Shown piece after piece: positions 10,625 through 23,590 of a stretch of DNA of 64,000 nt. The DNA comes from Lama glama (taxonomy: Eukaryota): the NCBI GenBank assembly GCA_028534125.1, contig CM052817.1, forward strand, positions 67,706,001-67,770,000. The letters run 5' to 3'. Every line of letters begins with the position of its first letter. Positions within the stretch are counted from its first letter, which is position 1. A model generated the notes under the pieces. The model worked only from the letters and a program-made list of their open reading frames with translations. It made no database searches and was not told the DNA's origin. The position numbers were made by a program, and so were the translations under genes.

Positions 10625-10790
10625 GACTTGGTTTGGTTGAATGGTTTAAGAATGCACAGGGTCTGAGGAGAGAGCTAGGTTCGAGTCTTGCTCCTGCTGT
10701 TTGCAAACTGATCTCAACCAGTCAAGTGCTTTGCACAGTGCCCCAAGTACAGTGTGGCCTTAATCTTTGTTAGTTATTAGCATTATTGTG
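10625..10790 (+). mobile_element. MIR SINE, internally deleted
   Basis: MIR-like head (tggtttaagaatgcacagg...ctaggttcgagtcttgctc) joined to a MIR tail (aagtgctttgcacagtgcc...ttagttattagcattatt). Confidence 0.55.
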
Positions 10791-12109
10791 GGGAAATTTT
10801 TTCAGATAAGATCTGCTTCCCTCAGCCTCTCTTCATTGTGCACTCATTTAAACTGTCCATCCGTCCTGTTGGAGTCAGGCAACTAAATAGCCTTTGAAGA
10901 CTCTCAGGTGATTCCAATGTACAAGGTTTCAGAACCGCCAGGTAGGTGACCATTTCCCATCTCCACAGGTAAAGAAACCCCCTGCCGTCACCTCCCCTTG
11001 AATGCCCACCACAATACAGAACATCAGGAACTAGGGCCCAGAGGGTCATTAAACCTCTCCAGTCCTCTCTGGAACACACCCTGTTGACCTCAAAGGGAGT
11101 CTCTAAAATGCTTCTGCTGCCCTCATTCTGCATTGAGAGCCCAGGGTTTCCAAGTGGGATTAGTGCCACCGAGAGCAAGCCCCTCCAATCAAGTGCAGAA
11201 AGCCCAGGAAATCCCACACTGCACCCTCTTCCCCAATGCATCCCCTTCACCTCAAAGGAGCAGAACTCGCCATTTCCTGGACCCAGGGTGACACACCCAC
11301 TGGGCTAAACTAGACTGAGCTGAGCACCAGCCGTGGTTGCACTGGCAAGTTTAAGAGTCCAGAAGCAGGAAAGAAAATAGAGAAACACCGTGTAAGCCAG
11401 GACAAAACCAGAGTCAGGGAGGTGGAAACTAGGTAATGATAAAGCCCCCCAGCCACTGCTTGGAGTCAAAGCCCTTTCCTCATGAGGTTCCATGATGCCT
11501 TCTCAAACCAGGAAGGTGTTGGAAGAAGCAGGATTTCCTTCATTTTTCTGCAAACCAACCTAAAAGGGCTGGAGTCTACCTAAGCATTGCTTCCTTAACT
11601 TTAATTACATCCCCCTCTTTTCCCTTAGTGATAGTTGTTAAACCAGAAAATACTTCAGAAATCAAAAAGTCAGATTTTTCTCATTCTACTAAAAAGGGAA
11701 ACGACTCAGTCACGCACAATAAGTGTCAAAGCCAGAAATAAATCCAAGTGTTTTAATTCCAAGTTAATTTTTTCTACTGTACCATATTTCCTCACTCCAT
11801 CTCCACCATCTCTAATCTATTCATTTCTCAGCCAGCCTAGCCTAGCCAAAGAATGAATTCTTACCCAGCTTTAGCCAATCTCAGAAAGCCTGATTTCCCA
11901 GAACAACTCTTTGAGACCCACTTTCTTTCTCTTGGACAGTCTCGGGTTTTCAAAGAGAAAGAGAGAGAGAAGAAAAGAAAGAAATAGGAGTTGTGAAGAA
12001 ATTACGTAAGAGGAAGTTCACAGGAGTGGCTGATTAATGTCATCCTTCCTTATGAATCCCAAGGGTCTTCAGTGTGGCGACCCAGGCTCCCAGAGCCAGC
12101 CTAGTTGCT

Positions 12110-12435
12110 CACTAATTCTCAGCCTTTGCTCCACATTAGAAATGCATGGGGAGGTTTTAAAACTCCACATGCCGGGATGGAGGGTGGCAGGGCACAGAGT
12201 ATGACTCAGTGGTAGAGTGTGTGCCTAGCATGCACAAGATGCACAAGGTCCTGGATTCAATCCCCAAGACCTCCATTTAAACAAACAAACAATCTAATTA
12301 CCTCCCCCACTACAAAAAAATTTTTAAAAAAACCTCCCCATACCCAGACCAATTAAATCAGGATTTCTGAGTAGGAAACCCAGACGGCAGGCTTGTTAAG
12401 GTTTCCCAGGTGATTCAATGTGTAGAATCACTGCT
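12110..12435 (+). mobile_element. MER5-type element interrupted by a SINE
   Basis: ttctcagcctttgctccacattagaa...cccagaccaattaaatcaggatttctg...ttcccaggtgattcaatgtgtagaatcactg. Confidence 0.6.
12190..12332 (+). mobile_element. tRNA-Ala-derived SINE (camelid vic-1-like)
   Basis: A box ctcagtggtagag, B box ggattcaatccc, taattacctccccc segment, A-rich tail; internal 9-bp duplication atgcacaag. Confidence 0.8.
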
Positions 12436-12771
12436 CTAACAAGCCATATGTTAGTTCCTCTCCCAGACTCTAAGGCTGATCAGCTGGGGGATAAGCTTTC
12501 TGGGTGGGAGTCAGCTGGGTATTAGAGAGGGCAGTTCTTTGGCAGCAATGTAAAAAATTCAATTTAAGCAGCCACTCAGAAAGGCATAAAGTCACACTTT
12601 AATTTTAAAATAAAGCCTCTGACTTTATTGGGTCAACCTTTGCTGCACTTCCAAATTTTTTTCTCTTTTTCTGTTTCATACAATTGTAGAGCTAAAGCCA
12701 TAATGCTAATGGAATCAATACTGATCATCGTTAGAGGTAGATATCACACCTTTTCTTAACAGTCTTCAGCT

Positions 12772-12878
12772 GAGGGGGAGGGATATACCTCGTGGAGAGC
12801 TCATGCTTAGCATACACGAGGTCCTGGGTTCAATCCCCTGTACCTCCACTAAAAGAATTGTTTTTAATTAAAATAAAA
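12772..12878 (+). mobile_element. tRNA-Ala-derived SINE with TSD
   Basis: gggggagggatata...catgcttagcatacacgaggtcctgggttcaatcccc; flanking repeat agtcttcag at 12761-12769 and 12879-12887. Confidence 0.85.
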
Positions 12879-13339
12879 AGTCTTCAGTGAACCTGCGGAG
12901 CTGGAAAAAAACAAAACAAAAAAACTGTTTGCTCCCTTCATCTGTCTGCTAAACTGCTTGCCTGGTCCATTGGTTCTTCTTTCTACTCCTCCAGACCAGC
13001 ACTCCTATGAAGCCTCACCTAAAGGACGACCTGCATGGAAGAAATCTTGGAAAGCTTTATAGGAGAAGCACTTGCCTGGTCAGCGTTTATCTATTCCACT
13101 CAAGAGAAGAATTGCTTGAGTGTTATCAGCTGGGTAAGACCTGGATCACAGAAACGAGTTAGGAAGGCAGCTCACAGGGAAGAGAAAACACAGAGGTGGG
13201 AAACCATAACACATGTTTGGAAGCCCATGATACTACACTGAAACAACTTAAATACACGGCTGCGCATTTCTCTTTGATTCCAGGTAAGCAAACTGGACTG
13301 TGTTTTAGATGTGTCTGAATGAATGAGTTCAGAGAGGCA

Positions 13340-13575
13340 GCAGGTGTAAGGAAAGATAGCAGGACCTGAAGTAGTGTTCAAACCTGATCTGTCACTAACT
13401 AGCCCTAATCTATGTCCTCACGGGCAGTTTTTAAATCTTCCTTCGCTTCAGCTTACTCACCTGTAATATTAATAATAATAATACCTGCCTCACGGGGTTG
13501 TTTTAAAGATTAGTGTTTTTGTATATAAGTACCTAGTATGGTGAGTGAGAATAGTGGACCTTCAATAAATAATTA
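13340..13575 (+). mobile_element. MIR SINE
   Basis: gttcaaacctgatctgtcactaactagc...ctcacctgtaa...aataatacctgcctcacggggttgttttaaagatta. Confidence 0.7.
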
Positions 13576-14889
13576 TGGCAACAGGAAGAATCACCATAGC
13601 AATCGTATCCACAGCCACAGTGGTCATTATTGGAACATCAACAGAGAAATAATTAGCTTATACACCAAACCAAAAGCTCTCACTTTATTGTCTTCTGTTT
13701 TTAGGTTTTTTATTTTGTGAAAGCTTGAGTAATATTCATAAGTGTGGAACTGAAGTTTACAGTTATAAACAAAATTTCTTTAAGGAATGTCCTTTTAATT
13801 TCTGGTTTTAAGGTACTAGAATGATAGGAAGTTTAAGACAACATTTTTCAGTCCCTGAATCAGTGAGACCACATTGATCAAGTGGTCTCTGGTGTTTAAA
13901 GCAATGAGGAAAAAAGAGATCCATTCTATAATACAGTGTACAGAAGTAGAGAAATGAGTATAAAATGAAAGAATATGAAATCAAGAGAAACTTCTTGCCA
14001 AATATATGAAGAAATAACTCATTCTTTAGCAGAGTGTCTAGTAAGGAAAATAATGACCGAGTGCAACTGGGTAAAAAGGTTTATGAAACCTTCCTCCTGT
14101 GGGTTGTGAGTCTATCAGACAAAATATCAACAAATACATAGATTACTTTCTAGATCAAATAAAAGTGTTAAATAGTTATGTGGCCTTAAGAATGTTTCTT
14201 AATCTCTCTGAGCATCAGGGTTTTTTTTTATCAGTAAAGTTGGAATAATAATAATGAGAGATTATTGTCATATATGTGAAATTAATAGCCAGTGGTGCAT
14301 GGAAAGCACTTAATGTAGTGCCTCCATCACTTTGTTGTTGTCGTCTATTATTTTTATCTCAGCTGCTAGGATTAAAATGATTTAGTTGAAAGATTTGAAG
14401 ACTTATCAGGAAATAATGACCCGGCTAATTTTCAATACCTGAACCTGTCACAGGATTAAAATTTCAGATAGATTACAGGCTCCTGGGGTCCTCACTTCTT
14501 AGTTTGTTCAGTAGGAATTCTAAACTTAAAGTACTTAACAGGAGTTCTGGGTTTAATCAGGCAAGGCTAATTATGGTAAGGGATGATACCTGATCACTTT
14601 TTATGATTTTTTTTCCTGCAAAATTTTGATCAGAAAGCTGTGTAACAAAGAGTTTTCAATGTCTAACAATGGGAGATCTTTCCTAATTAATCACCAAACT
14701 TGCCTTATCATATCCCCGAACAACATTTGGGGAGAAGTTAAGGGACAGAAGCACACAGATGTGTACGCTAGAATGCAGTTTGCCTGTCAGGGCACTCATC
14801 CTTAAGCAGTGACCACAGCAGAATTTGCAAAGGGCATGGTAAGCCTTTCTGTCTTATTCACTTATTGGCTGAATATTTCCTAAGCATTT

Positions 14890-15490
14890 AGGAGTGACCA
14901 GCTGCTATAAGAAGCAACCTCAATATACACAAAATGTTATGATAAATCACAGAGAAAAAAATGTGACAAGGAGTGTGTATATGTCCATGAATGACTTAAA
15001 AATTGTGCTGAACACTGGAATTTGACACAACATTGTAAAATGATTATAAATCAATAAAAAATGTTAAAAAAAAAGAAGCAACCTCAAAATTTCTTTGGTT
15101 TTATACTATCTGATTTAGTTCTTAGGCACAAAGTCAAATCAGACATTCCTGATCTGATCCTGAGCAGCTTTCATCCAAGCAATGATGAAATCCCAGCTAT
15201 TTCCATGGGTGACTTGCCATGTCCTAGGGTCTTTTGAGTCCTCTGCTCAATGTTTTACACTCCGCCAGACAACAAGCAAGAAGATACCTCAGAAAGTTGA
15301 GTTCCTGACAACTCAGCTCCACTTCAACTCAGAATAGATTCACATCACTTCTGTCCCCAGCGCATTAGCAAGAACTAGTTACATGGCCTCACTTAGATGC
15401 CAGGGAAGCTGAGGGAAGTAGACAGCCACTTCTCAGAAACAAGTCTACACTGTGGAAGGCAGGGGTATGATGCTGTCCTTCTCAGCCAGC
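14890..15490. mobile_element. MLT1-type MaLR LTR, interrupted by a short L1 3' end
   Basis: cacatcacttctgtccccagcgcattagcaagaactagttacatggcctcacttagatgccagggaagctgaggga is typical of MLT1. Confidence 0.6.
14924..15072 (+). mobile_element. Young L1, extreme 5' truncation (149 bp of 3' end) with 15-bp TSD
   Basis: Ends aataaaaaatgtt plus poly(A). TSD aagaagcaacctcaa at 14909-14923 and 15073-15087. Last ~58 nt nearly identical to 26114-26171. Confidence 0.9.
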
Positions 15491-15589
15491 CATTGCTGCC
15501 GTAAGCACCCAAATGCTGTGGATAGATCAATTTAAAAAAATTAAATCCTTCTTGTCACGGAGCTTACAGTCTAGTTTATCTTTAATTAG

Positions 15590-16100
15590 CAGCTCTCTCC
15601 TAATGGCTCAGTGTGCTGAATTGCCTTTCATCAGCTTTACCCTCATCCCTGTCTACACTGTGGAACTACGTGTCCCAGAATCCCTTTCCAGTATTGTTCA
15701 AGGTTACAGCCTGCCAATGAGACAGTCACAAAGATTTTAAAGAGAAGAAGCCATTTCTATCAGTAGCAGCTGTTTGCAGGCAGATGAGATCACTGTTGGC
15801 AGCGCTCTTTGGCTTTCAGTGCTTCTCCCAGGAATCACCTGCTATAAGCAGGCAGCTGAGATCATCAACAGAAGCTTCCAGTGGCTCCAGCCATCCTCCT
15901 GAGAATAGCCCACTTGAGTTCTCTGTGCAACTAGGATCACTGATAGTGACCCTCCAGCAAAACTACACTTTCAAATTTGCTGAATAATAACCTTCCAGAC
16001 TTTCTCTCCCACAGTAGTAATTCCAATGTTCTGGATTAATTTTATTCCTACACAAAATACTAAGTGATTTCTGTTTTCTGACAAAACCTGAACACACTCA
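15590..16100 (+). mobile_element. ERV-L solo LTR (LTR33/LTR41-like)
   Basis: ggaactacgtgtcccagaatccctttcc...gccaatgaga...aaaatactaagtgatttctgttttctgac. Confidence 0.6.
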
Positions 16101-16294
16101 AGATTAAAAAGTTTAGTGCATTTATTCAGTAATTCAAGAACTATTCTTCATGCCTGATACATGCCAGGGTCTGTGCTAGATGGCAGAGAATACAATTTTT
16201 GAGGCCTAATAGATAAACTTCTGCCTTCATTGTGCTTATTTGTAATAATCTCACTGAGAATCACATTTTGTTATTCTTTTTTTAACAACTTATT

Positions 16295-16432
16295 TTAGAA
16301 TTTCACATTTTTATTTTCATTTATTTTTTATTTTTTTGGAGGTGAGGGCATAATTAGGTTTTTATTTATTTATTCTAATGGAGGTCTTATGCTTGCCAGG
16401 CATGCACTCTACCACTGAGCTATACCCTCCTG
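16295..16432 (-). mobile_element. tRNA-Ala-derived SINE, internally deleted
   Basis: Reverse complement of ggagggtatagctcagtggtagagtgcatgcc with a T-rich tail on its left. Confidence 0.8.
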
Positions 16433-16972
16433 CAAGAAACATGTTCTAAAACATAATAAACAAATCAATTCTGGCAAGTGCTTTAAAGAAAAACCTTAAG
16501 GTGCTAAGAGAGATGACTTTTTTCAAGAGAGGTAAAAGTTGAGATGAGGGAACTCCCACCACAGTCATCAAATTAGAAAGAAAATCAAGAGTAGCTCAAT
16601 ACTAGGTTACTAGTCAAAAGAAATTTGGCAGAATCCTTGGAAGAATATGACTAATCAGATGTCTTTAGTGCCTCTGAGTTGTAATGATGAGATATATCAC
16701 AACTCGGGCCACAATTTGTTAAGGTCACAATATCATCCAGGGGCAAGAAACCCTACTTTTTATGCAGTAGGAAAAAATATTTTATATTATGTGTATGGAT
16801 TTTATCTTTGTGGATATTATCACAAGAATTTCAGATATCAGTAAAATAAAAATAATTGGTTATAAATACAACTTTAATATATGTAACTGTTGGAATTTTA
16901 GAGTAAAATTCATTAGAGAAGGATTAAATAAAACAAAGTAGACAATCCTGATCAAGAAAAGATGATGTTGTA

Positions 16973-17085
16973 GGGGGAGGGTATAGCTCAGTGGTGAGAG
17001 TGCATGCCTAGCATGCACAGGGTCCTGGGTTCAATCCCCAGTACCTCCATTGAAAAAATAAGAATAAGAAAATAATTTTTTAAAG
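16973..17085 (+). mobile_element. tRNA-Ala-derived SINE
   Basis: gggggagggtatagctcagtggtgagagtgcatgcctagcatgcacagggtcctgggttcaatccccagtacctcc plus A-rich tail. Confidence 0.9.
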
Positions 17086-17624
17086 AGGAGAGATGATATT
17101 TATAGTCTTCCTACACATTAATTCCATTTGTCAGTCAACAACTAAAATGCTTATTCATTTTATGTTTTATAAACTAGATTAGAGAAAGAACATCAACATT
17201 CATTGTTGGGTTGTGTACTAATTACATAAAAATTGGAAAATATAATTATGTGTTCTTTTTCTTGCAGTATTAATACTAATGTTAACATAGTTAACAACAA
17301 TTAATTAATATTCTATTAGTAGCTTAGAAAAAGAAAAAAAGTTGTGAATAGGTAACTATAACTCTCCAACCTAACCACACCTAGAACATTTAAAATGTTT
17401 ATAAAAATCTGCTTGGTTCTTTACATCTCTTGTACCTCCAGAGATAGGCCTTTTAATTTACCTGTTTGCAGTCTTTGAATGCAATCAAGGAGATCTTTGT
17501 AATTTCTGTCCAGTAGTTCAAAGCTCAACATCTGGCCAGTCTAGCTGCCTTGACATATGATGTTATTGCCCAGAACCAGAGTCCAGCCTTGTTCTTTGTA
17601 AACAAGCTTTAGCATATATTTATC

Positions 17625-18290
17625 ATTCAAAAAATATTTATTGAGTACCTTATGTATGTTAGTCCCTGGAGATATAACTGAAGAGGACTTTGATGATCCC
17701 TATCCTTACAGAGCTGGGAGTGGGAGCAGGGGTGGGGGAGGAGATGGAGGTACCAGGAGGAAGTGGAACAGCCATTAAAGGAAGTACAGGGGCAACTAAC
17801 CCAAACTTGACAGATCTGAGTTTCCCGGAAGCAATGCCTTCTAACCAAGGCCTAAAGGATTCCGAGAAAATTATCTTGGCACAGAAAAGAGAGAAAATAT
17901 TCTTGAAAGAAAGAACAGCCTTGGGGAAACCCAGAAGTAAGAGAGACCTCAGCAGGTATCCTTTTGGAGGAACTGAGAAGAGTTGAATGTGGCTGGATTT
18001 TAAAGTAGTGTTGAGTGATGTGATAGATGAGGTGAGAGAACTAAGAAGGAATCGCTTTTACAGGAAATGGTAGGCCATAAGAGAGAGTCTGGACTTTAAG
18101 AACAACTTGGAGCCTTTGAAGGGTGTAAACTAGGGGAACAGCAGGATCAGTTTTGCATTTTGAGTATTTCATTCTGGCCACCATGTGGAGAAAGGAAAGG
18201 AAGGGGAGAAAGATGGGAGGAGGAAGAGCAGGAGCCATATAGAAGGCTATTGACATAATTCAAATAAAAACTCTAGGCACTTGAATCTGT
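17625..18290 (-). mobile_element. L2 LINE 3' remnant
   Basis: cattcaaaaaatatttattgagtacc (antisense L2 tail) followed by a purine-rich L2 body. Confidence 0.7.
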
Positions 18291-19089
18291 AGCAGTGAGT
18301 CTTTTACTGAATTTACTGACCACTACATTTGGAATTGGTTTCCTGACTTCCTCCTCACAGTCCTTTCTAGATGTTAAAAGTCCTACTCCAAATTAGTCTC
18401 CATAGCTGAATTTCTACTACGTGATACAAAATATACTTGAATGTAATGACTGCCAAGCTGTCCCTCTGCTGATTGCTTAACCACGTGTTTCCCAACCCTG
18501 CCATGCTCTGTCGCCTCCTGGGACCTGGACTTCTTGCCTACTGCAGACCTTTCCCTAAGTAACTCCTGCTTAACTACTTCTTATTTTCTGATGCTAAGAC
18601 CCTTCAGTTGGCTATCATGCCTCTGTAAAACTGTCTGCTCCTCAGGTCTTCACCATGTTTTCCTACTCTCCCCATGACCTAAGCTCCAATTAAAACAGTA
18701 GCAAAAGTGTGGACTCTGAGATGCATTGATATAGATCTTAGAACATTGTACCTGCCCCCACCTACAGTCCTGAGACTGAGGTCTGGTGTCATAGAAATCT
18801 TCTCAGCCCGAATTTAATAGCTATTTTGACCTGAATAGGCAAATTCATCTTTTAAATATTATGAGAGCAATTACAGATTTACAGATGCATCCATTCATTT
18901 ATTCAATACTCACTGAAAGTCAGCCCTATGGTGAGAACTTTGCTAACCTCTGAAAAGGATAAAAAATGTTGAATGGCACGTAGTTCTTCCTTCCAAGAAG
19001 TTAGCAAGGTGGCTAGGAAGCCAAAGGATATGAACACAGAACGTTTAGCTAGTGATGTAAGATATTAAATTAGCTCAAGACAATAGATA

Positions 19090-19300
19090 TCAATTTAATA
19101 TGAATGCTTACTATATGCCAGGCTCTGTGCCAAATGCCTGACATGTCCTATACGTTTTAATTATTATAATAATCCTTCAAAGCAGAAGGTATTATTCCAA
19201 TTTTTCAAATAAGAAAATAAGACTCAGGGAGGTTGGGTAAGTAGTCCAAACTGATACAGATGGCAAGTGGTAAAAGTAGATTCAGTCCCAAGTCTGTTTT
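19090..19300 (-). mobile_element. MIR SINE
   Basis: tgcttactatatgccaggctctgtgccaaatgc...ttttcaaataagaaaataagactcagggagg. Confidence 0.7.
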
Positions 19301-19849
19301 ACTGCAGGGGATTTGCTTTGTACTCATATGCTATGAATTCTTGTCTTCTAATGCCCATGAATCATTTTATATCCAGTCTAAAACCCATTATGTTCACTTA
19401 AAATATGTTCTGGAAAGGATATTGTGGGATGAACAAAGACAAGAATGGCAGGACGCTTTCAACTTTTATGGTAACTCCAGTTAATTTACTGTAGCTGACT
19501 GAAATACCGTCTTAAGAGAAGTGATTTTAGCTGAAATAACCTATAAAAGGAGGTTGAGGCTGCAGTTGAGTTCAGTGGGAAAGAACACCATCTTTAATTT
19601 GGGATGTCTACCCTGAAGTCAGAATAGAGAAGTGGTGACACTGAGCTGTGCGAGTAGCTGTCCCTGTGCTAGGAATTCCACAAGACCTCAGCCATATATG
19701 ACTGCCTGATAACAGTGAGGACTCGAATGAGTTTTGACATCATGTATCTGTCCTGAGCTAGTGTCTTACCATTCTAAATTGTCACTGCATTTGTATCCAG
19801 CAATCCAGAAAAATAAAAAAAAGAGAGAGAACTATGGGGAAATAATAGA

Positions 19850-20345
19850 CCAAACTGGCATTTCCTAATACGGCAGCCATTTAACTACATGTGGCTTTTG
19901 AGCACTTAAAATCTGGCTAGTGTGACTGAGAAACTGAAATTTTTATTTCACTTAATCTTAAGTAATTTAAATTGAAATACTGGAAACTCTATTTGGTTAT
20001 TGAAAATGTTTAAATATGTTTAAAATAACTTGGATATGTGATGCCACTTTTTAGCCATTACATGTGTTGAAATCTAAAAACAGATCAAGTAATTTCAATG
20101 GAAATTAACATTCAAATTCAAATGTGCTATAAGTCTAAAATACTAACTGGATTTTAAAGATTTAGCCCACAAAGAAAGTAAGATATTTAGTAATTATTAT
20201 TTTGGTTATATGTTGAATATTTTGGATATATTAAGTCAAGTACATATTCAAATCAATTTTACCTGTTTCTTTTTTTTTATGCAATTAACTAGAAAATTTT
20301 AAATTCCGTATGAGGCTCACATTTTATTTCTACCAGTCAACGTTG
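19850..20345. mobile_element. hAT-Charlie1 / MER3-MER33-type DNA transposon
   Basis: taatacggcagccatttaactacatgtggcttttgagcacttaaaatctggctagtgtgactgagaaactgaa...tatgaggctcacattttatttctac. Confidence 0.75.
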
Positions 20346-22129
20346 GACCAGACACCACAGAAGATCACAGGGACAGGGGAGGGGAGGGTGGGAATGAAGT
20401 CAGTGCTGATTTAATTGTACATTCAGGTAGGTGGTTGTTCTGGATCAGTGTTTCTCCTTTTTGTTGTTGTTGTTATCATTCCCTGAGATGCCTTTTTAGA
20501 CATTTTTCTAGTTGCCCTTCCCATGAAATTTGACAACCAAAGATACACTGTATTGTGCGTATATACTGTGGCCCTTTTGGAGGGACCACAAACCATTCTA
20601 ATATCTGAGATGCTCTTGCCCAGGGTGTACTTAATAGCTTGGCCCTTTAAGGGTGATATTGCTTCCACTGAGAATTCATGTGTTATGTGAATTGGGGAGA
20701 GCTAAGTGACTAGAGGTCCTAGTGAGGATAAGTGGGGACTTCAGACAGTGTGAAGCAATGACAAATAGGGGGTTATGAGTGAAGTGGGAAAGGAGTAAGT
20801 TGAAGAATAGGAGGTAGAGGTACTAGAGTGAGGATCTCATGCAGGGTATAAAGAATTGTGATTAGTGCCCACAATTATCCAACACAGTTTTTCTTTGTCT
20901 ATACCTTTGCATTACACATTTTTCTAGATAGGTACAAGTTAGGGTAACACCTAATTCACAATAATGTCAATTGTAAAATGAATACAGATCATCAATATGA
21001 GAGGTATTGAGTATGTCACTAATATCACTAATGCCTCCCATACAGATGCCAATTCTGTAATTTGAGATGAAATGAGAAATTTATAAAGCATATATAGCAT
21101 GTGATGGCTTCATTCCTAGGTTTTGGAATCTAACAAAGCAAACACTGCCCCATCATGAGCTCCTTCCTGATTTTGGCCTTCCTCTCATCTTCACTACTCA
21201 CGTACCTGTCAGAATGTAAAATGAGGAGGTTGTACCCCAAGATGCAGAGAAAAGGTAGAACAGTACAATTTTCTGTAAATGAAGATTCATGTAAGTAAAA
21301 TGTATTTCCATAGGATCCATCTTATGAGGTGATTTCCTGTCACTTATCTTATGAGGCAAATATGCCACCTCCTAGATATTATCAGACAGTGATTTTCCTA
21401 AAGCATATAGAGTATAAGCTTGGAACTTATATGTCAGGAGATAATAACGTAATGATAAACAGACAAGGAAATCTGCATTAAGTCTTGGGTGATCAAAAGA
21501 GAGGTGATGAGTAGGTATTTTCCAGGTTTTTCCTGCTACTGTCCAAGGGCACAGGTACCCTAGCCAACTGACAAAGTAGTCATGTTTTCTCAGCAGATCA
21601 GTCCTTGTAACTTAATGAGTATCACAGGTTCATGACAATTTAAAAGCATCATTAACTTGTTTTATCCTGACTCGAGCAAATTTCTGATTTGAATTTAGCT
21701 GCACAAATAGGCCCTTCTGACCAGAAAGACCCGTCAGCTGATCAGCTGTTTTAAGTTTTCACACCAGGCAGTAGTGATATTTTTCACTGAAGATTTATTA
21801 GCTAGCATTTTAGATTTTAAATAAGTCCATTGGATACACTCAAGATGTAGTATTATAAATCAAAACCCGTAAATTCCTCCCATTTTCTCCTGCTCCTTTA
21901 TTCCCTACCTACATAACTAGGGGAGGAGGGGGAGGCTCTCACCTAAGCTAAGTCCTGGGAATTTTTGTGAGAATTCTTGCTCTCCTTGGTTTCTGCTTTA
22001 AGATTAGTCATCATAGCCTGTCACTTCTCCCATGCAACATGCGTGTGTCACCATGACTACTATCTTCGTCGCTCTTCAGTCCTCCCCAACTTCTGTAAAA
22101 GTCTCTCTACCACCTACTTATTGTTCCTT

Positions 22130-22980
22130 CAAATCAATTATTGCCTTCAACAATATCATGTTAACCCCAGCTGTCATGGCTAAAGTGAATTAAGCCAAAA
22201 AAGAGAAATTATTGGCTCAAGTAACTAAGAATGGTAAGAGTGGTTCTGGCCTCATGGGTCTGTAGACTCAAACCTCTTGTAAGTTCTCTTTTTCTGTCCC
22301 TCACCTCTGGTTTTGTCAGTATATTGGCTCCATTCTCACCTTCTGCTGACAAACTTTCTCCACACGTTGAGTGTGGTGGACATGGAGGTGCACTGGCCAA
22401 ATTCCCCCTTCCAGAAGGGACTTGCTGCCAACTGCAGGGGTGCATGAGCCAGCAGCTGCCACCTCTCAGCTCCTTTTAGGTCTGTCTCCAGTGTGGAGGG
22501 CCACCTTGCTGTAGATCACACCTTTCCCAAAGTAGCACACCACTGGTCACAAAGTGAGGCTGGCCAGCCACTTGAGGTCCAGAGCTCCCTGCCGGTTGGG
22601 CTGGAGCTTTGTCAAACCTGCATCACAATTCCACCTCTCCCTCTGCCCGACAGTATATCTTTTCCTTTCCCTTTACAGGGTTGACCCCTAAGAAACACCT
22701 GCACCCCAAACTCCATATCTGTCTGCCTCGAGGGTAGCCAGCCTATAATAGCATGTTTCCTGGCCATAATGACTGGGACTTCCAAAATCCCGTCTCCATG
22801 ATGCCAGAATCAGAGTTCAGCCTCCCCTATCCAGCTCTGGTTAGGACAGTCCTAAGGATGGATTCTGATCGACCCTCCTTGGTCCACACTTCATTCTCAG
22901 GAGTAACTACTCATTCTGTGGAGTCTTGGGTTGTGTGACCCCAACCACAACCACATGGAGGGAGAAAGGAAGAGTTATCT
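22130..22980. mobile_element. MLT1-type LTR split by an LTR16-like insertion
   Basis: MLT1-like halves at about 22130-22370 and 22750-22980 flank the LTR16-like block. Confidence 0.5.
22372..22750 (+). mobile_element. ERV-L solo LTR (LTR16-like)
   Basis: tgtggtggacatggaggtgcactggccaaattcccc...cctgcaccccaaactccatatctgtctgcctcgagggtagccagcct. Confidence 0.7.
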
Positions 22981-23189
22981 CAAGGTACAAAAAGGTTGTC
23001 CATTGTAATCTTCCATACATTCAACCGAGGGCTCTTTCTAAAATACAGATCTAAATCTGTTTTTTCTTTGTTTAAACATGATCAACTTTCCCCCATGCCT
23101 TTAGCAGAATATTGGTGGAAAACATTCAGAATAACACACAACTCTTTAAGTGACACAGATACAGCAAAACATCCCTCATTTCTGTGGGC

Positions 23190-23590
23190 CATACTACTTA
23201 GGAATGCTTTCTGCCTCAAATGGGGATTGCATTTTGCATAAAAAGATATCCAGAGGAATGCAGTTGCTGCCTTTCGTTCAGCTGTTCTGATGCGTCAGGG
23301 CCTGCTGACGTCTTGGCCGTCCTCATGGCTTTTCATTTGTGGCTGCAACATGGCTGCCAAGGTTTTAGCCACCATGACCTCAATTAAGGCAGGACAAAGA
23401 GGGGAGGAAGGAGGCACACCAAAGCTTTCCCAAAACCATCCCCCAACACACACACGCTCACACAAACTCCACCAGTTTCTACTAACAGCTTATGGGCCAG
23501 AAATGAGTCACACAAAAACCCCTAGCTGCAGGGGAGATGACTGAGAAAGTAAGGAAGATTCTATAGAAGTCATAAAGGGTTGGAATTTAA
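23190..23590. mobile_element. MLT1-type MaLR LTR
   Basis: tgcaacatggctgcc...tgggccagaaatgagtcacacaaaaacccctagctgcagggg. Confidence 0.6.

Noticed and set aside
9781..10773. 330-aa plus-strand ORF, the longest in the window
   Set aside because: It runs antisense over the pseudogene exons and straight through a MER5A and a MIR, and has no recognisable domain. Best explained by stop-codon scarcity in GC-rich DNA.
11189..11210. Minus-strand AFCT peptide as the upstream SSX2IP-like exon (cf. SAFCTE)
   Set aside because: Only four residues, followed at once by TGA and no further similarity; indistinguishable from chance.
16973..17050. tRNA-Ala gene (also the other six similar loci)
   Set aside because: Altered acceptor stem, A-rich tails, TSDs and multiple diverged copies identify them as SINEs.
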